Shown: piece by piece, positions 20,251 to 30,135 of the stretch
How positions within the stretch are numbered: position 1 is the stretch's first letter
Layout: every line of letters starts with the position of its first letter
Assembly (NCBI GenBank): GCA_963735035.1
Contig: CAVTJJ010000004.1
Coordinates: 1,472,001 to 1,536,000 of the forward strand
Length of the DNA: 64,000 nucleotides
Reading direction: 5' to 3'
DNA from: an uncultured candidate division Zixibacteria bacterium
GTDB taxonomy: Bacteria > Zixibacteria > MSB-5A5 > GN15 > FEB-12
Position numbers and translations under genes: made by a program
The notes under the pieces: model-generated
The model's database searches: none
Told to the model about the DNA's origin: nothing
Seen by the model: only the letters and a program-made list of their open reading frames with translations

Positions 20251-20625
20251 GTGCCTGAACTCAAAATACTGGCCGTCGACGACAGCCCCACCATGCGACG
20301 GATCATCATCAACACGCTCAAACGAGCGGGATTCAATGACGTGATTGAGGCCAGTGACGGCAAGGACGCTCTGGCCAAAATGAAGGTCGAGAAGCCCAAC
20401 TTCGTCATCACCGATTGGAACATGCCGGAAATGGATGGCCTGACCTTTATCACCACTCTACGCGGCATGGACGAGTACAAAGAATTGCCGGTACTGATGG
20501 TGACCACCAGATCGGTGAAGGAAGACATCGTGGAGGCGATGAAGGCCGGGGTAAACAATTACATTGTCAAGCCGTTTACGCCCGACACCCTCAAAGCGAA
20601 AATCGACCAGATGCTCGGCAAGTAG
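20251..20625 (+). CDS. cheY: Chemotaxis response regulator CheY
   Basis: DDSPTMRRII, DWNMPEMDG, VLMVT, YIVKPFT, typical of motor-binding CheY. Confidence 0.92.
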   Translation: MPELKILAVDDSPTMRRIIINTLKRAGFNDVIEASDGKDALAKMKVEKPNFVITDWNMPEMDGLTFITTLRGMDEYKELPVLMVTTRSVKEDIVEAMKAGVNNYIVKPFTPDTLKAKIDQMLGK

Positions 20626-20646
20626 GCCGGGATAGGAGAACCGACA

Positions 20647-21237
20647 ATGGCAACGTCACAAAGCCTACAGACACGCATTCATAAAGAAATATCCGAGCTG
20701 ACGGAATCCATCACCGGCATGGTCAGCAGCTTCAAGAAACTGCAGCGCCCCTTGATCGAATCGAGGGAAAAAGTGCCGCAGGCCACCACTCAGTTGGACA
20801 AGATCTCCCAGCAGACCGAAGCCGCAACTTCGCAGATGCTGGACGTGGTCGAGCAGATCACCCAGCGGGAAGAAGAAGTCGTTCGCGGGATCGAGATCAT
20901 CAGGGAGAAGGTCAAGAGCGGCGACACCAAAGACATCGATACGCTGGCGCAGGGATTGGTCGTGAAAGCGACCGCTAACCTCAACAACGCCTTCCAGATC
21001 ATGGAATCGCTGCAATTCCAGGACATCACCGCTCAACAGATGGACCACGCGGCATCGTTACTCGAGGAAATCGAAACGAAGCTGCACAGTATTCTGGAGA
21101 ACATCGGAGGTTCGAATACGGCTGCCGATATGCAACTGGGACCGCGCAAGACCAGAGCCTACGACCCGCATGCGGACTTTGTCGATCGCCGGACGGATCA
21201 GAAGGATATCGACTCACTGTTTGAAAAGAAGAGCTAA
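20647..21237 (+). CDS. cheZ: CheZ-family phosphatase
   Basis: TEAATSQMLD, LQFQDITAQQ (DxxxQ motif), C-terminal QKDIDSLF. Confidence 0.85.
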   Translation: MATSQSLQTRIHKEISELTESITGMVSSFKKLQRPLIESREKVPQATTQLDKISQQTEAATSQMLDVVEQITQREEEVVRGIEIIREKVKSGDTKDIDTLAQGLVVKATANLNNAFQIMESLQFQDITAQQMDHAASLLEEIETKLHSILENIGGSNTAADMQLGPRKTRAYDPHADFVDRRTDQKDIDSLFEKKS

Positions 21238-21259
21238 TAACCCCCCTGAGAATCTAAAC

Positions 21260-23026
21260 ATGACCGAAGATAACAACGTGGCCCTGGATGAGATGAAGGA
21301 AATCATCGATGATTTCCTCATCGAAGCTGACGAGTTGATCGCCTCGCTGGACACCAACCTGGTGGCGCTGGAGTCCAAAGCCGACGATCTGGATTTGCTC
21401 AATTGCATATTCAGGGCAGCACATACGATCAAAGGCACCTCGAGTTTCCTAGGCTTCGAACAGGTCACCAGCCTCACTCACAAGATGGAAGACATCCTCA
21501 ATCGCCTGCGTAAGGCCGAACTCAAGGTTACGCCGGAGATTATGGATGTCCTGCTGGAATCACTTGACGTACTGAAAGTACTGTTGGAACACGTCCGCAG
21601 CCAGTCCGGCGAGCAGGTCGATCTGGAACCCATTTTGGCCAGACTGATTGAAGCAAACGGAGGCGCGTCTGACGCCGCACCGTTGGCGACTGCTGCGACT
21701 TCGGCAGCACTGCCGGAGGCAAGTGAAGGCGATTCTGCGGAGGCCGTCGATTCATCCAGTCGGGGGGCTGGAGAGACCGGCGCGGACGCTAAGACTGAGA
21801 CGAAAAAGACGACGGCGCCGGGAAAGAGCGTTGACAGTCAGACCATCCGAGTGGATGTAAACCGTCTTGACTCGCTCATGAACTTGTCGGGCGAACTGGT
21901 GTTGTCACGCAACGGCCTGATTCAGACCATCAATACGATGAATAAGTCGGGCGAGGCCAACGCGCTCACCGAGCAGCTTAATAGGGCGGCGGCCGGTCTC
22001 AATTATATTACGACCGAACTGCAACTGGCCGTCATGAAGATGCGCATGCAGCCCATTGGGAAAGTCTTCTCGAAGTTCCCAAGGCTCGTGCGAGATCTGT
22101 CTCGCGAACTCCAGAAGAACATCGAATTGACCCTCGAAGGCGAGACCACCGAACTCGATAAGTCGGTCATTGAAGAAATTGGCGATCCTCTCGTGCACAT
22201 TGTCCGCAATTCCTGTGATCACGGTATCGAGATGCCGGAAGAGCGGGTAGCCAAAGGCAAGCCCGCCATGGGACATGTAGTGATGAGCGCGAGCCAGGAA
22301 GGCCCCAACATTGTCATCAAAGTATCCGACGACGGCAAGGGTCTGGATGTTAACGCCATCCGTGCCAAGGCCGTGGAGCGCGGGATGGTTTCCGAGGCCG
22401 ATGCGGCCCGCCTGACGGATCGTGAAGTCTTCAAGTTTATCTTTGCAGCCGGACTGTCTACCGCCAAGGTGGTATCGGACGTTTCCGGACGCGGCGTAGG
22501 GATGGATGTCGTCCGAACCAACATAGAGAAGTTGAATGGTTTGATCGAACTCGATTCCGCCCTCAACGCCGGAACGACTATCACGATCAAACTGCCGCTC
22601 ACGTTGGCTATCATACAGGGTCTGTTGGTCGAATCCGACGACGAGGTCTACATTCTGCCGCTGTCCAGCGTGCATGAAACCGTTCGAAGCGAGCACACGG
22701 CGATCTACTATATCAATCGGCGACCGGTCATGCGGCTCCGCGACGAGATCATACCTATGATCAATATTGGTAAGGTTCTTCGTGAGAACGTTGCCGGCTT
22801 CACGTTGACCGAGAAACCGTACGTGGTGGTGGTAGGTCTGGCGGATCGCAAGTTGGGAATCCTGATCGATCGGTTCCTGGGTCAGGAAGAAGTGGTGATC
22901 AAGTCGCTCGGCCGGTACCTCGGTGCGACCGATGGCGTAGCGGGCGCCACGATTCTGGGAGACGGCCGAATCAGATTGATCGTCGATCTCATCGGACTCT
23001 TCAATGTGGCAGGCAGATTACACTGA
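21260..23026 (+). CDS. cheA: Chemotaxis histidine kinase CheA (HPt, linker, dimerisation, kinase, CheW-like domain)
   Basis: FRAAHTIKG, IRVDVNRLD, RNSCDHGIE, SGRGVGMDVV and GATILGDG motifs. Confidence 0.97.
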   Translation: MTEDNNVALDEMKEIIDDFLIEADELIASLDTNLVALESKADDLDLLNCIFRAAHTIKGTSSFLGFEQVTSLTHKMEDILNRLRKAELKVTPEIMDVLLESLDVLKVLLEHVRSQSGEQVDLEPILARLIEANGGASDAAPLATAATSAALPEASEGDSAEAVDSSSRGAGETGADAKTETKKTTAPGKSVDSQTIRVDVNRLDSLMNLSGELVLSRNGLIQTINTMNKSGEANALTEQLNRAAAGLNYITTELQLAVMKMRMQPIGKVFSKFPRLVRDLSRELQKNIELTLEGETTELDKSVIEEIGDPLVHIVRNSCDHGIEMPEERVAKGKPAMGHVVMSASQEGPNIVIKVSDDGKGLDVNAIRAKAVERGMVSEADAARLTDREVFKFIFAAGLSTAKVVSDVSGRGVGMDVVRTNIEKLNGLIELDSALNAGTTITIKLPLTLAIIQGLLVESDDEVYILPLSSVHETVRSEHTAIYYINRRPVMRLRDEIIPMINIGKVLRENVAGFTLTEKPYVVVVGLADRKLGILIDRFLGQEEVVIKSLGRYLGATDGVAGATILGDGRIRLIVDLIGLFNVAGRLH

Positions 23027-23039
23027 CAAGGCGGGCCCG

Positions 23040-24140
23040 GTGACAATCGCAACCAAACAAATTCGAATAGTAGTAGTCGATGATTCCGCCTTCATGCGCA
23101 AGGCGTTATCCATGATGCTCGAGTCCGACCCGATGGTCAAGGTGGTCGGTACGGCCAACAACGGTGAAGATGGTCTCGAAATCATCCGCCGTCTCAAGCC
23201 CGATCTTGTCACCATGGATGTCGAAATGCCGCGCATGGACGGCCTGACCGCCCTGCGACATATCATGGAGTCCGATCCGGTGCCGGTCATGATGGTCTCA
23301 TCAATCACGACCGAGGGCGCTCAGGCGACTCTGGAAGCGCTTGAACTCGGCGCCGTCGATTTTATTCCGAAACAGATGTCGTACGTCAGTCTCGACATTG
23401 TCAAGATCAAGGAAGACCTGCTCGACAAGATCAAGAATATCGTTAGCCGCAAACATATCCTGATGGCGCGGGCGAGGGAGAAGCGCCGGTTCAGCAAGCT
23501 GACCGGATCGGCCACCGCGCAGGCGTCTCTGGCGTCTTCACGCCCTGCGCTTCCCATGCGCCGAAAGCAGCACAAGATCGATCTTGTCGCTATCGGCTCT
23601 TCGACTGGCGGGCCGCCGGCCCTTCACATGCTTATGTCTCACCTCCCCGGTAACCTGCCGGTGGGAATCGTCATAGCCCAGCACATGCCGCCGATGTTCA
23701 CGAAGACACTGGCGGAACGTCTCAACGGCTTGTCGCCGCTGACTGTCAGAGAAGCCGTTGATGGCGAACCGATCGAACCGGGACAAGTCTTGATTTCTCC
23801 CGGAGGCAAACACCTGCTGGTCAGAAAGTACGGCGGGCGGGCCAGAGTATGCGTATCGGCTGAACCGGCCAACACACTATATAAACCGTGCGTTGACGTG
23901 CTCTTTGACTCGGTTGCCGAGGCCTGTGGCGCTACCAGTTTGGCCGTGGTCCTCACGGGTATGGGCAGCAATGGCGTCCACGGCGCCAGGCATATCAAGG
24001 AAAAGGGCGGCGTCGTTATCGCCCAGAACGAAGCGACCTGCGTCGTATATGGTATGCCCAGAGCGGTGGTGGAAGCCCATATTGCCAACGAGGTCCTGCC
24101 AATCGAAAATATCGCCCCCGAGATCTCGAGTTATTTCTAA
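23040..24140 (+). CDS. cheB: Chemotaxis response regulator/methylesterase CheB (catalytic Asp replaced by Asn)
   Basis: REC domain; GSSTGGP, QHMP, LTGMGSNG and VYGMP motifs; start uncertain (23004 or GTG 23040). Confidence 0.93.
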   Translation: MTIATKQIRIVVVDDSAFMRKALSMMLESDPMVKVVGTANNGEDGLEIIRRLKPDLVTMDVEMPRMDGLTALRHIMESDPVPVMMVSSITTEGAQATLEALELGAVDFIPKQMSYVSLDIVKIKEDLLDKIKNIVSRKHILMARAREKRRFSKLTGSATAQASLASSRPALPMRRKQHKIDLVAIGSSTGGPPALHMLMSHLPGNLPVGIVIAQHMPPMFTKTLAERLNGLSPLTVREAVDGEPIEPGQVLISPGGKHLLVRKYGGRARVCVSAEPANTLYKPCVDVLFDSVAEACGATSLAVVLTGMGSNGVHGARHIKEKGGVVIAQNEATCVVYGMPRAVVEAHIANEVLPIENIAPEISSYF

Positions 24141-24206
24141 TCCAAGTTTTAGTTGAAGTATGCGCTTAAGTCGGCCTCATTCTTCTTTTGGAGATAAAGG
24201 CCGGAA

Positions 24207-25547
24207 ATGGGCGACAAACCAGACATTTTTCCAGTTCCTGAAGTAGAGACCCCGGCCAATTTGGCCGACTTCGCGGATTCGTACGCGTCTTTCAACCGTA
24301 TTGTTAACAGTCTGCAGCGCAAGTACATAGAGCTTCGCGAGGAGTTCTCGTCCCAACAGGAGAAGTTGGTCGAGTCCAACAAGCGATTGGTGGAATTGTC
24401 TGCCCGCAACCTGACCGCCACGGAATTTCTCGACGGCATCCTGAAAGCCATGGCAGCGGGAGTCATCGCGGTCGACCACGAAGGACGGATTACTCATTTT
24501 AATCCAGCCGCCTCGATGATGCTCGGCATTCCGGCCAAAGAGCCGTTTGGCAAATTCTATCGCGACATTATCCCGGTCGGCGACCCGGTCGAAGCCAACG
24601 CCCTGCGTGCGTCCCAGATCGGCAAAGCGGTGGAGTCGGTGGAGAAGATTTGGCGACTCGCCGATGGCAGCCGGCTGATCGTCTCGGTGTCCACCGCTAT
24701 TATGGCCGACGAAACCGGAAACCCGATTGGCGCGGTTGAGGTGTTCCACGATCTCACTCGAATCAAGAAGATGGAGCAGGAGATCACGCGCCTGAACACG
24801 CTGGCCGCGCTGGGCGAGATGGCGGCGGCGGTGGCGCATCAGGTCCGCAATCCGCTCTCCGGCATCTTGGGCTATGGCTCACTGCTAAAGCGTGACATGG
24901 AGGAGGACGATCCCCGCCAGAAGCTGGTACAACGCATCTGCGAAGGGGTCGAAACTCTCAACAAGACCGTTACTACTTTGCTCGACTATACGCGCCGGGA
25001 AGAGATCAGACGCCGTGATGTCGTGTTCCACGAATTTATGGCCGACTCGATCCGGCAATTCCGCCGCGAGCATGATCATCTGGCCAGCGGAATGGACATT
25101 CAGCTTCCACTCCCGCAAGCTGAGGGGACAGGGGATCTGGTGCCGGTTGATCCGGTGCTGTTCCGTCAGGTATTGTTCAATCTCTTCTGCAACTCTTGTG
25201 AAGCCTGCTCCGGGAAAGGTGTAATTCAGATTACTCATCGGAAGCTGGCGCGCCAGGCCGCGCTTTCACAATACGCCGATCGATTGCTGCTCGGCCTTGA
25301 CGAGACTGTTTTCGAAATCACGGTCACGGACAACGGACCCGGCGTGGCGACGGAAGCACTCGAATCGCTTTTTGCGCCGTTCTTCACGACCCGCGAAGGG
25401 GGGAACGGCGTTGGATTGGCCATGGCCTGGAAAGTCATGAAAGGCCACGGCGGTGACATCGCTCTGGACAGGGCGCACCAGGGAGGTGCGCGCTTCGTAA
25501 TACTGATTCCGGTTAGAATCGGCACTGCCGTAGTATCTACCCCTTAG
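24207..25547 (+). CDS. Cytoplasmic PAS sensor histidine kinase (FleS/FlrB/FlgS-like)
   Basis: PAS region; AHQVRNPL H-box; DNGPG, PFFTT and GNGVGL boxes; no TM segment. Confidence 0.88.
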   Translation: MGDKPDIFPVPEVETPANLADFADSYASFNRIVNSLQRKYIELREEFSSQQEKLVESNKRLVELSARNLTATEFLDGILKAMAAGVIAVDHEGRITHFNPAASMMLGIPAKEPFGKFYRDIIPVGDPVEANALRASQIGKAVESVEKIWRLADGSRLIVSVSTAIMADETGNPIGAVEVFHDLTRIKKMEQEITRLNTLAALGEMAAAVAHQVRNPLSGILGYGSLLKRDMEEDDPRQKLVQRICEGVETLNKTVTTLLDYTRREEIRRRDVVFHEFMADSIRQFRREHDHLASGMDIQLPLPQAEGTGDLVPVDPVLFRQVLFNLFCNSCEACSGKGVIQITHRKLARQAALSQYADRLLLGLDETVFEITVTDNGPGVATEALESLFAPFFTTREGGNGVGLAMAWKVMKGHGGDIALDRAHQGGARFVILIPVRIGTAVVSTP

Positions 25548-25572
25548 TGGAATCTGACATGGAGAGTTGGTA

Positions 25573-26934
25573 ATGCAGTACTCAGTTTTGATAGTCGACG
25601 ATGACAAATACGTCAATGATGCCGTGACCGAAACCGTGGCCCGTGCCGGATATGAAGCCGTCCCTGCTTTTTCGGGCGAAGAAGCGCTGGTCAAATTGAA
25701 GAGCCGTACTTTTGATGTCGTGCTCACCGATCTTCGTATGCATGAGATGGACGGCATGGCGGTGCTTGAACACACCAAGCGCCTTCATCCGGAAGCGGCG
25801 GTGGTTATCATGACGGCGTACGGTTCGGTCGAGAAAGCGGTCAGCGCCATGAAACTGGGCGCGTATGATTTCCTGCTGAAACCGGTCACGCCGGTGGCCG
25901 TCGAGCATATCCTGAGCCGCATTACCGAGGTCATCCACCTGCGTCGCGACAACGAAATCATGCGGCGCGACCTGACCGTCAAGTTCCAGAACATGGTTGG
26001 CAAGTCCAAGACGATGCGGGAGATTTTCGACCTTATACAGTCGGTCGCCAAAGCCAGGTCCACTGTGCTCATCACTGGCGATTCGGGCGTAGGTAAAGAG
26101 CTGGTGGCCCGTGCCATTCATTATTGTTCAGATCGCTCCGAGGGACCGTTTGTAAAATTGAACTGTGCCGCAATTCCCGAGACTCTGGTTGAGGCGGAAC
26201 TGTTCGGTTTCGAAAAGGGCGCCTTCACCGACGCCAAGCGAACCCATCGCGGACGTTTCGAGTTGGCCGATCATGGAACGTTGCTTCTCGACGAAATTTC
26301 CGAAATGCCGCTGAACCTTCAGTCTAAACTGCTGCGGGTCCTGCAGGAGCGGGAATTCGAGCGGGTCGGTTCGGCGCAGACGCTTTCGGTTGACGTGCGC
26401 GTGATCGCTACTTCGAATCGCAACTTGCGTGAGTTTATCATGCGGGAGAAATTCCGCGAGGATCTGTTCTATCGACTGAATGTCATCCCGATTCATATCC
26501 CACCGCTACGCGAACGAAGCGAGGACGTGCCGTTGCTGGTCGAGCATTTTGTCGAGAAATGTGCGAAAGAGAACAACAAGACTATCAGTGGCGTCGATCA
26601 GCACGCGATGAAACTGCTTGTCAGTTACCCCTGGCCGGGCAATGTGCGTGAGTTGGAGAACATGATCGAACGCGCGGTTGTGACAACTCGTGCCGAAGAA
26701 CTTACGGAGAATGATTTCCCAATCGAGTTGTCGTTGGGCACGATCGAAGCCATTGAAGGCGGGGCGTTGAAGATTCCGATGAGCCTTGAGGAGGGGAACA
26801 AGTTCTTGATTCTTAAGACGCTCGAGAAATTCAACGGCAACAAGACGCGGGCCGCTGAAGCGTTGGGGGTATCGGCGCGGACGATTCGCAACAAACTGGC
26901 CGAGTACCGCATCCGCGAGGACGTGAAATCGTAA
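25573..26934 (+). CDS. Sigma54-dependent response regulator (FleR/FlrC/FlgR-like)
   Basis: REC domain, GDSGVGKE, GAFTDA, DEISE, WPGNVREL, Fis-type HTH. Confidence 0.92.
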   Translation: MQYSVLIVDDDKYVNDAVTETVARAGYEAVPAFSGEEALVKLKSRTFDVVLTDLRMHEMDGMAVLEHTKRLHPEAAVVIMTAYGSVEKAVSAMKLGAYDFLLKPVTPVAVEHILSRITEVIHLRRDNEIMRRDLTVKFQNMVGKSKTMREIFDLIQSVAKARSTVLITGDSGVGKELVARAIHYCSDRSEGPFVKLNCAAIPETLVEAELFGFEKGAFTDAKRTHRGRFELADHGTLLLDEISEMPLNLQSKLLRVLQEREFERVGSAQTLSVDVRVIATSNRNLREFIMREKFREDLFYRLNVIPIHIPPLRERSEDVPLLVEHFVEKCAKENNKTISGVDQHAMKLLVSYPWPGNVRELENMIERAVVTTRAEELTENDFPIELSLGTIEAIEGGALKIPMSLEEGNKFLILKTLEKFNGNKTRAAEALGVSARTIRNKLAEYRIREDVKS

Positions 26935-26967
26935 TTCTCGATTTAAAGTAGATGTCTTGCCCGGGTA

Positions 26968-27436
26968 TCCCACAGCTTGCTGTGGGTTCGACCGCCTATG
27001 AAAAGTGCCCGGCAGATGCCCACATCTGCCGGCTCGCATTAATACCGCCCCATGTCCGTCTTGCCCCGCTTCAGGCGGGGCACCCAAGGGTGTGATCGGC
27101 AACTAATTTGATCGGCAGCTAATTTGATCGGCAGGCCTCTGGGCCTGCCGCTTTTGTATGTCTATCGATGTGCATCGGTTTTCCCCTTGCATCACGTAGC
27201 GGCGAAAGTTATCCTGCCTAGCAGGACATAGCATCCCCTGTATCTTGAGGGTTCCGGCACGACACCGCGTTAATTGGTCCTGGTGGCCCACCTGCTTGCA
27301 GGTGGGGTTCAGGTATGACACCGCGCAATGCGCCATTGTGATCGGCAGGCAATTGTAATCGGCAGGGTTCCACCCCTGCCGGACAGAATCGTAGCGCAGA
27401 ACCCCTTGTGCCTGCTCGCTGCGGCGAGGTTCTGCC
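26968..27436. repeat. REP-like palindrome mosaic
   Basis: Repeat at 27003-27036 identical to 10934-10967; TGATCGGCA three times at 16-nt period; hairpins at 27125-27150 and 27358-27381; GTAG-tagged hairpin at about 27391-27436. Confidence 0.75.
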
Positions 27437-27452
27437 ATTCAGGGTAATAACG

Positions 27453-29951
27453 ATGTCGAAATATGTGCGGCTCGCTCCCATAGAACCGCCTTACAAACCC
27501 GGCAACCGACACCGAAAAGTGTTTTGGACTCTTCTTACGCTAGCGACGGTAGTCATAGCGAACCCTTGTATTTTGGCTATCGACAGAAACGCCATGACGG
27601 CCGCTCACAACCAGGGTAATATTCAGTTGACTGTAGAGCCTGGGACTTGGGGATATCCGGTTTGGCATGGTTCAGGAGGGTTCGGTGAGGAAATCCCGTA
27701 TGTAGATCCAATCACCGGTGACTCGATCTACGGCTCAATCTACCCTCGTGGAAGTAGAAACGTATTTATTGATGGGTTTTTGCACACAGGTGGAGTTTCG
27801 GGTAGTGATACTTTGTTAGGCTGGGGAGGGGCAGACGTTGACTCATTTTCCTATGGTGGCATTTGGCGTGTGCTTTCGAGCGATGTCACCAGCGAGTATT
27901 ACTCAGCACAAGCGAGGTCAAGTCTTGATCTGTTATGTCGGTACGCAGATACCATGGCCGGAAGCAGCGGCGGCGACTATGACATTTGGGATTGGCGGCG
28001 GCCAGCTCCCTTAGGAACTGTCGTGTCTCAACGGTCGATGGCCTGGAGCGGAGCGATGGTGGACGATTTCGTGCTGATTGAATACGAGATTATGAACATG
28101 GGTCATCAACCGCTCAAGGATTTCTATGCCAGCATCTGGTCTGACGATGTTGGGGGTAGCCTTATACCCTATCCTGTTCAGGATAATCTCACCGGATTCC
28201 TGCGTAACTATGGCTCCGAAGAGAATTGTGACTTTCGCGACAATTTGAATGTGGCCTACAGCATGGATAACGATGGCGATCCGGTTGACGGGCGATTCAC
28301 CCGGCAATCGCGGCGTGGCGCCGTGGGCATGATGCTGGTGGGCAGTTCTGCTGAACAGGTGAACGTAGGATATACCTGGTTTTTGTGGGACCCCGCTGTC
28401 GAAGAAGATTGGGGACCGCGACCGAGGCAGATTGGGAATGACTTGTGGCGCAGCTTCAATCCCTTCTTTGCCTGGCCGGGCAGCGACAACAACTTGTATT
28501 ACGTTATGAGCCATCCTGTCATAGCGTATGATCAAATGTTCTCAGCAGTGGAACATTCTGGTTGGATGCCCCCTTGGCATTTTGCAGGACAGATTTCGGC
28601 TGGTTGGTCAGCCATTACCTTGTATTCTTTCGGCCCATTTGAAATTCCTGTTCGAGGGAAGATCAACTTCACGATTGCTGTCGTCGGTGGTGACAACGTC
28701 CACACCAATCCTTATGCAACCTTTGATCCGACCGACCCGCAGTCGTATTACGATCAGCTCGATTTCTCGGAGCTTGCCACCAACGCCCAATGGGCCAAAT
28801 GGGTGTATGATAATCCGGGTGTGGACACCGACAGCGACGGTTACTTCGGCGAGTATCGCATCTGCGAAGGCGAGACGACCTGGTACAAAGGGGACGGCGT
28901 CCCTGATTTCCGTGGCAACACCCCGCCACCGATTCCATTTACCCGGTATGTAACCGAACCGGGGAAGATCGTAGTCCGCTGGAACGGGTATTTCTCCGAG
29001 ACGACCAAGGATATCTTCTCGAATCTGATCGATTTTGAGGGGTACCGGGTTTACTGCGGTCTGGACAACCGCAAGACGAGTTTGTCGCTGCTGACAAGTT
29101 ACGACAAACAAGATTGGCTGCGTTGGAAATACAACGAACTGGGATCGGGCGAGAGCCAATGGGTGAACGACAATCCACCGTTCAGTCTCGATTCACTCCG
29201 CATTCTTCATAACAATCCTGATCTCAACCCGGACGACTATCCCCGCCAGCGGCCGCTAATTGACAGTGACAGCGCGTTCTATTTCGCCGCGGTGGACGAG
29301 AATGTGTACAGCCTGACTACTCCGAATGGCATACACAAAGCCTATCCTGATGCCGTCAACCCCGGCACCGATTCGACCCTCTGGACCGAGGCAGATATCA
29401 CAATGGAACACAATGGCCGCCGGCTGCCCAAATTCTACGAATACGAGTACATCATCGACAACCTGTTGCCGACCGTGCCATATTTTGTCGCGGTGACCGT
29501 ATTTGACTTCGGTTACGCCGGTGGACGCGGTAACATGCCTCCCGATGAAACCAATCCACTGAACAATCTCACTGAATGCTACGCGCAGACTTCGTCGGAA
29601 ATCGTCGAAGAAGAAGACCTCGATGCTTACGTCTATCCGAACCCGTACCGGGTCGATGCCAAGTACGAAGACGGCGGTTACGAGAACCGCAAAGGGAACA
29701 TCATTCCCGACCGGGCTCGACTGATCCACTTCGGCAATCTCCCGCGCGTCTGCAAAATCAAAGTGTATTCTCTCGATGGCGATCATATTGGCACAATCGA
29801 TCACAATTTCCCCGAAGGCGGTCCTGATTCGATGCACGACTGGTGGAACCTGGTGAGCCGCTCCGGTCTGGCGGTGGAATCGGGGTTGTACTATTGGGTG
29901 GTCGAATCCGCCACCCGCACCCAGATTGGGAAGTTGGTGATCTTAAAGTGA
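27453..29951 (+). CDS. Large secreted protein with Fn3-like region and C-terminal YPNP (T9SS/FlgD-Ig-like) sorting domain
   Basis: N-terminal hydrophobic segment; DFEGYRVY, YFVAVTVFD, YVYPNPY, SGLYYWVV...GKLVILK; start uncertain. Confidence 0.7.
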   Translation: MSKYVRLAPIEPPYKPGNRHRKVFWTLLTLATVVIANPCILAIDRNAMTAAHNQGNIQLTVEPGTWGYPVWHGSGGFGEEIPYVDPITGDSIYGSIYPRGSRNVFIDGFLHTGGVSGSDTLLGWGGADVDSFSYGGIWRVLSSDVTSEYYSAQARSSLDLLCRYADTMAGSSGGDYDIWDWRRPAPLGTVVSQRSMAWSGAMVDDFVLIEYEIMNMGHQPLKDFYASIWSDDVGGSLIPYPVQDNLTGFLRNYGSEENCDFRDNLNVAYSMDNDGDPVDGRFTRQSRRGAVGMMLVGSSAEQVNVGYTWFLWDPAVEEDWGPRPRQIGNDLWRSFNPFFAWPGSDNNLYYVMSHPVIAYDQMFSAVEHSGWMPPWHFAGQISAGWSAITLYSFGPFEIPVRGKINFTIAVVGGDNVHTNPYATFDPTDPQSYYDQLDFSELATNAQWAKWVYDNPGVDTDSDGYFGEYRICEGETTWYKGDGVPDFRGNTPPPIPFTRYVTEPGKIVVRWNGYFSETTKDIFSNLIDFEGYRVYCGLDNRKTSLSLLTSYDKQDWLRWKYNELGSGESQWVNDNPPFSLDSLRILHNNPDLNPDDYPRQRPLIDSDSAFYFAAVDENVYSLTTPNGIHKAYPDAVNPGTDSTLWTEADITMEHNGRRLPKFYEYEYIIDNLLPTVPYFVAVTVFDFGYAGGRGNMPPDETNPLNNLTECYAQTSSEIVEEEDLDAYVYPNPYRVDAKYEDGGYENRKGNIIPDRARLIHFGNLPRVCKIKVYSLDGDHIGTIDHNFPEGGPDSMHDWWNLVSRSGLAVESGLYYWVVESATRTQIGKLVILK

Positions 29952-29989
29952 CAATCCACGTGGCGGACGAGGACGTCCACCACGCACGA

Positions 29990-30110
29990 GTAGGTCGGGT
30001 TACGCGCATGGATTTGTTGGGCGCGCAACCCGACATTGTGTCACGTAACGGGCCTGTGTCGGGTTTTCTTCGAGACTCACTTCGCGAGCCTCTCGAAAAC
30101 ACCGACCTAC
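29990..30110. repeat. GTAG-tagged REP-like inverted doublet
   Basis: GTAGGTCGGGT...AACCCGACA (29990-30035) faces TGTCGGGT...CCGACCTAC (30057-30110). Confidence 0.75.
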
Positions 30111-30135
30111 AAAACTTGAAGTAGACCTTCATTTT

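Noticed and set aside
24835..24855. HQ instead of HE in the kinase H-box as a defect
   Set aside because: FleS/FlrB-type kinases typically have HQ, so this supports the family call.
26218..26235. GAFTDA instead of GAFTGA as evidence of an inactive activator
   Set aside because: GAFTDA is a common natural variant, and matching sigma54 promoters are present.
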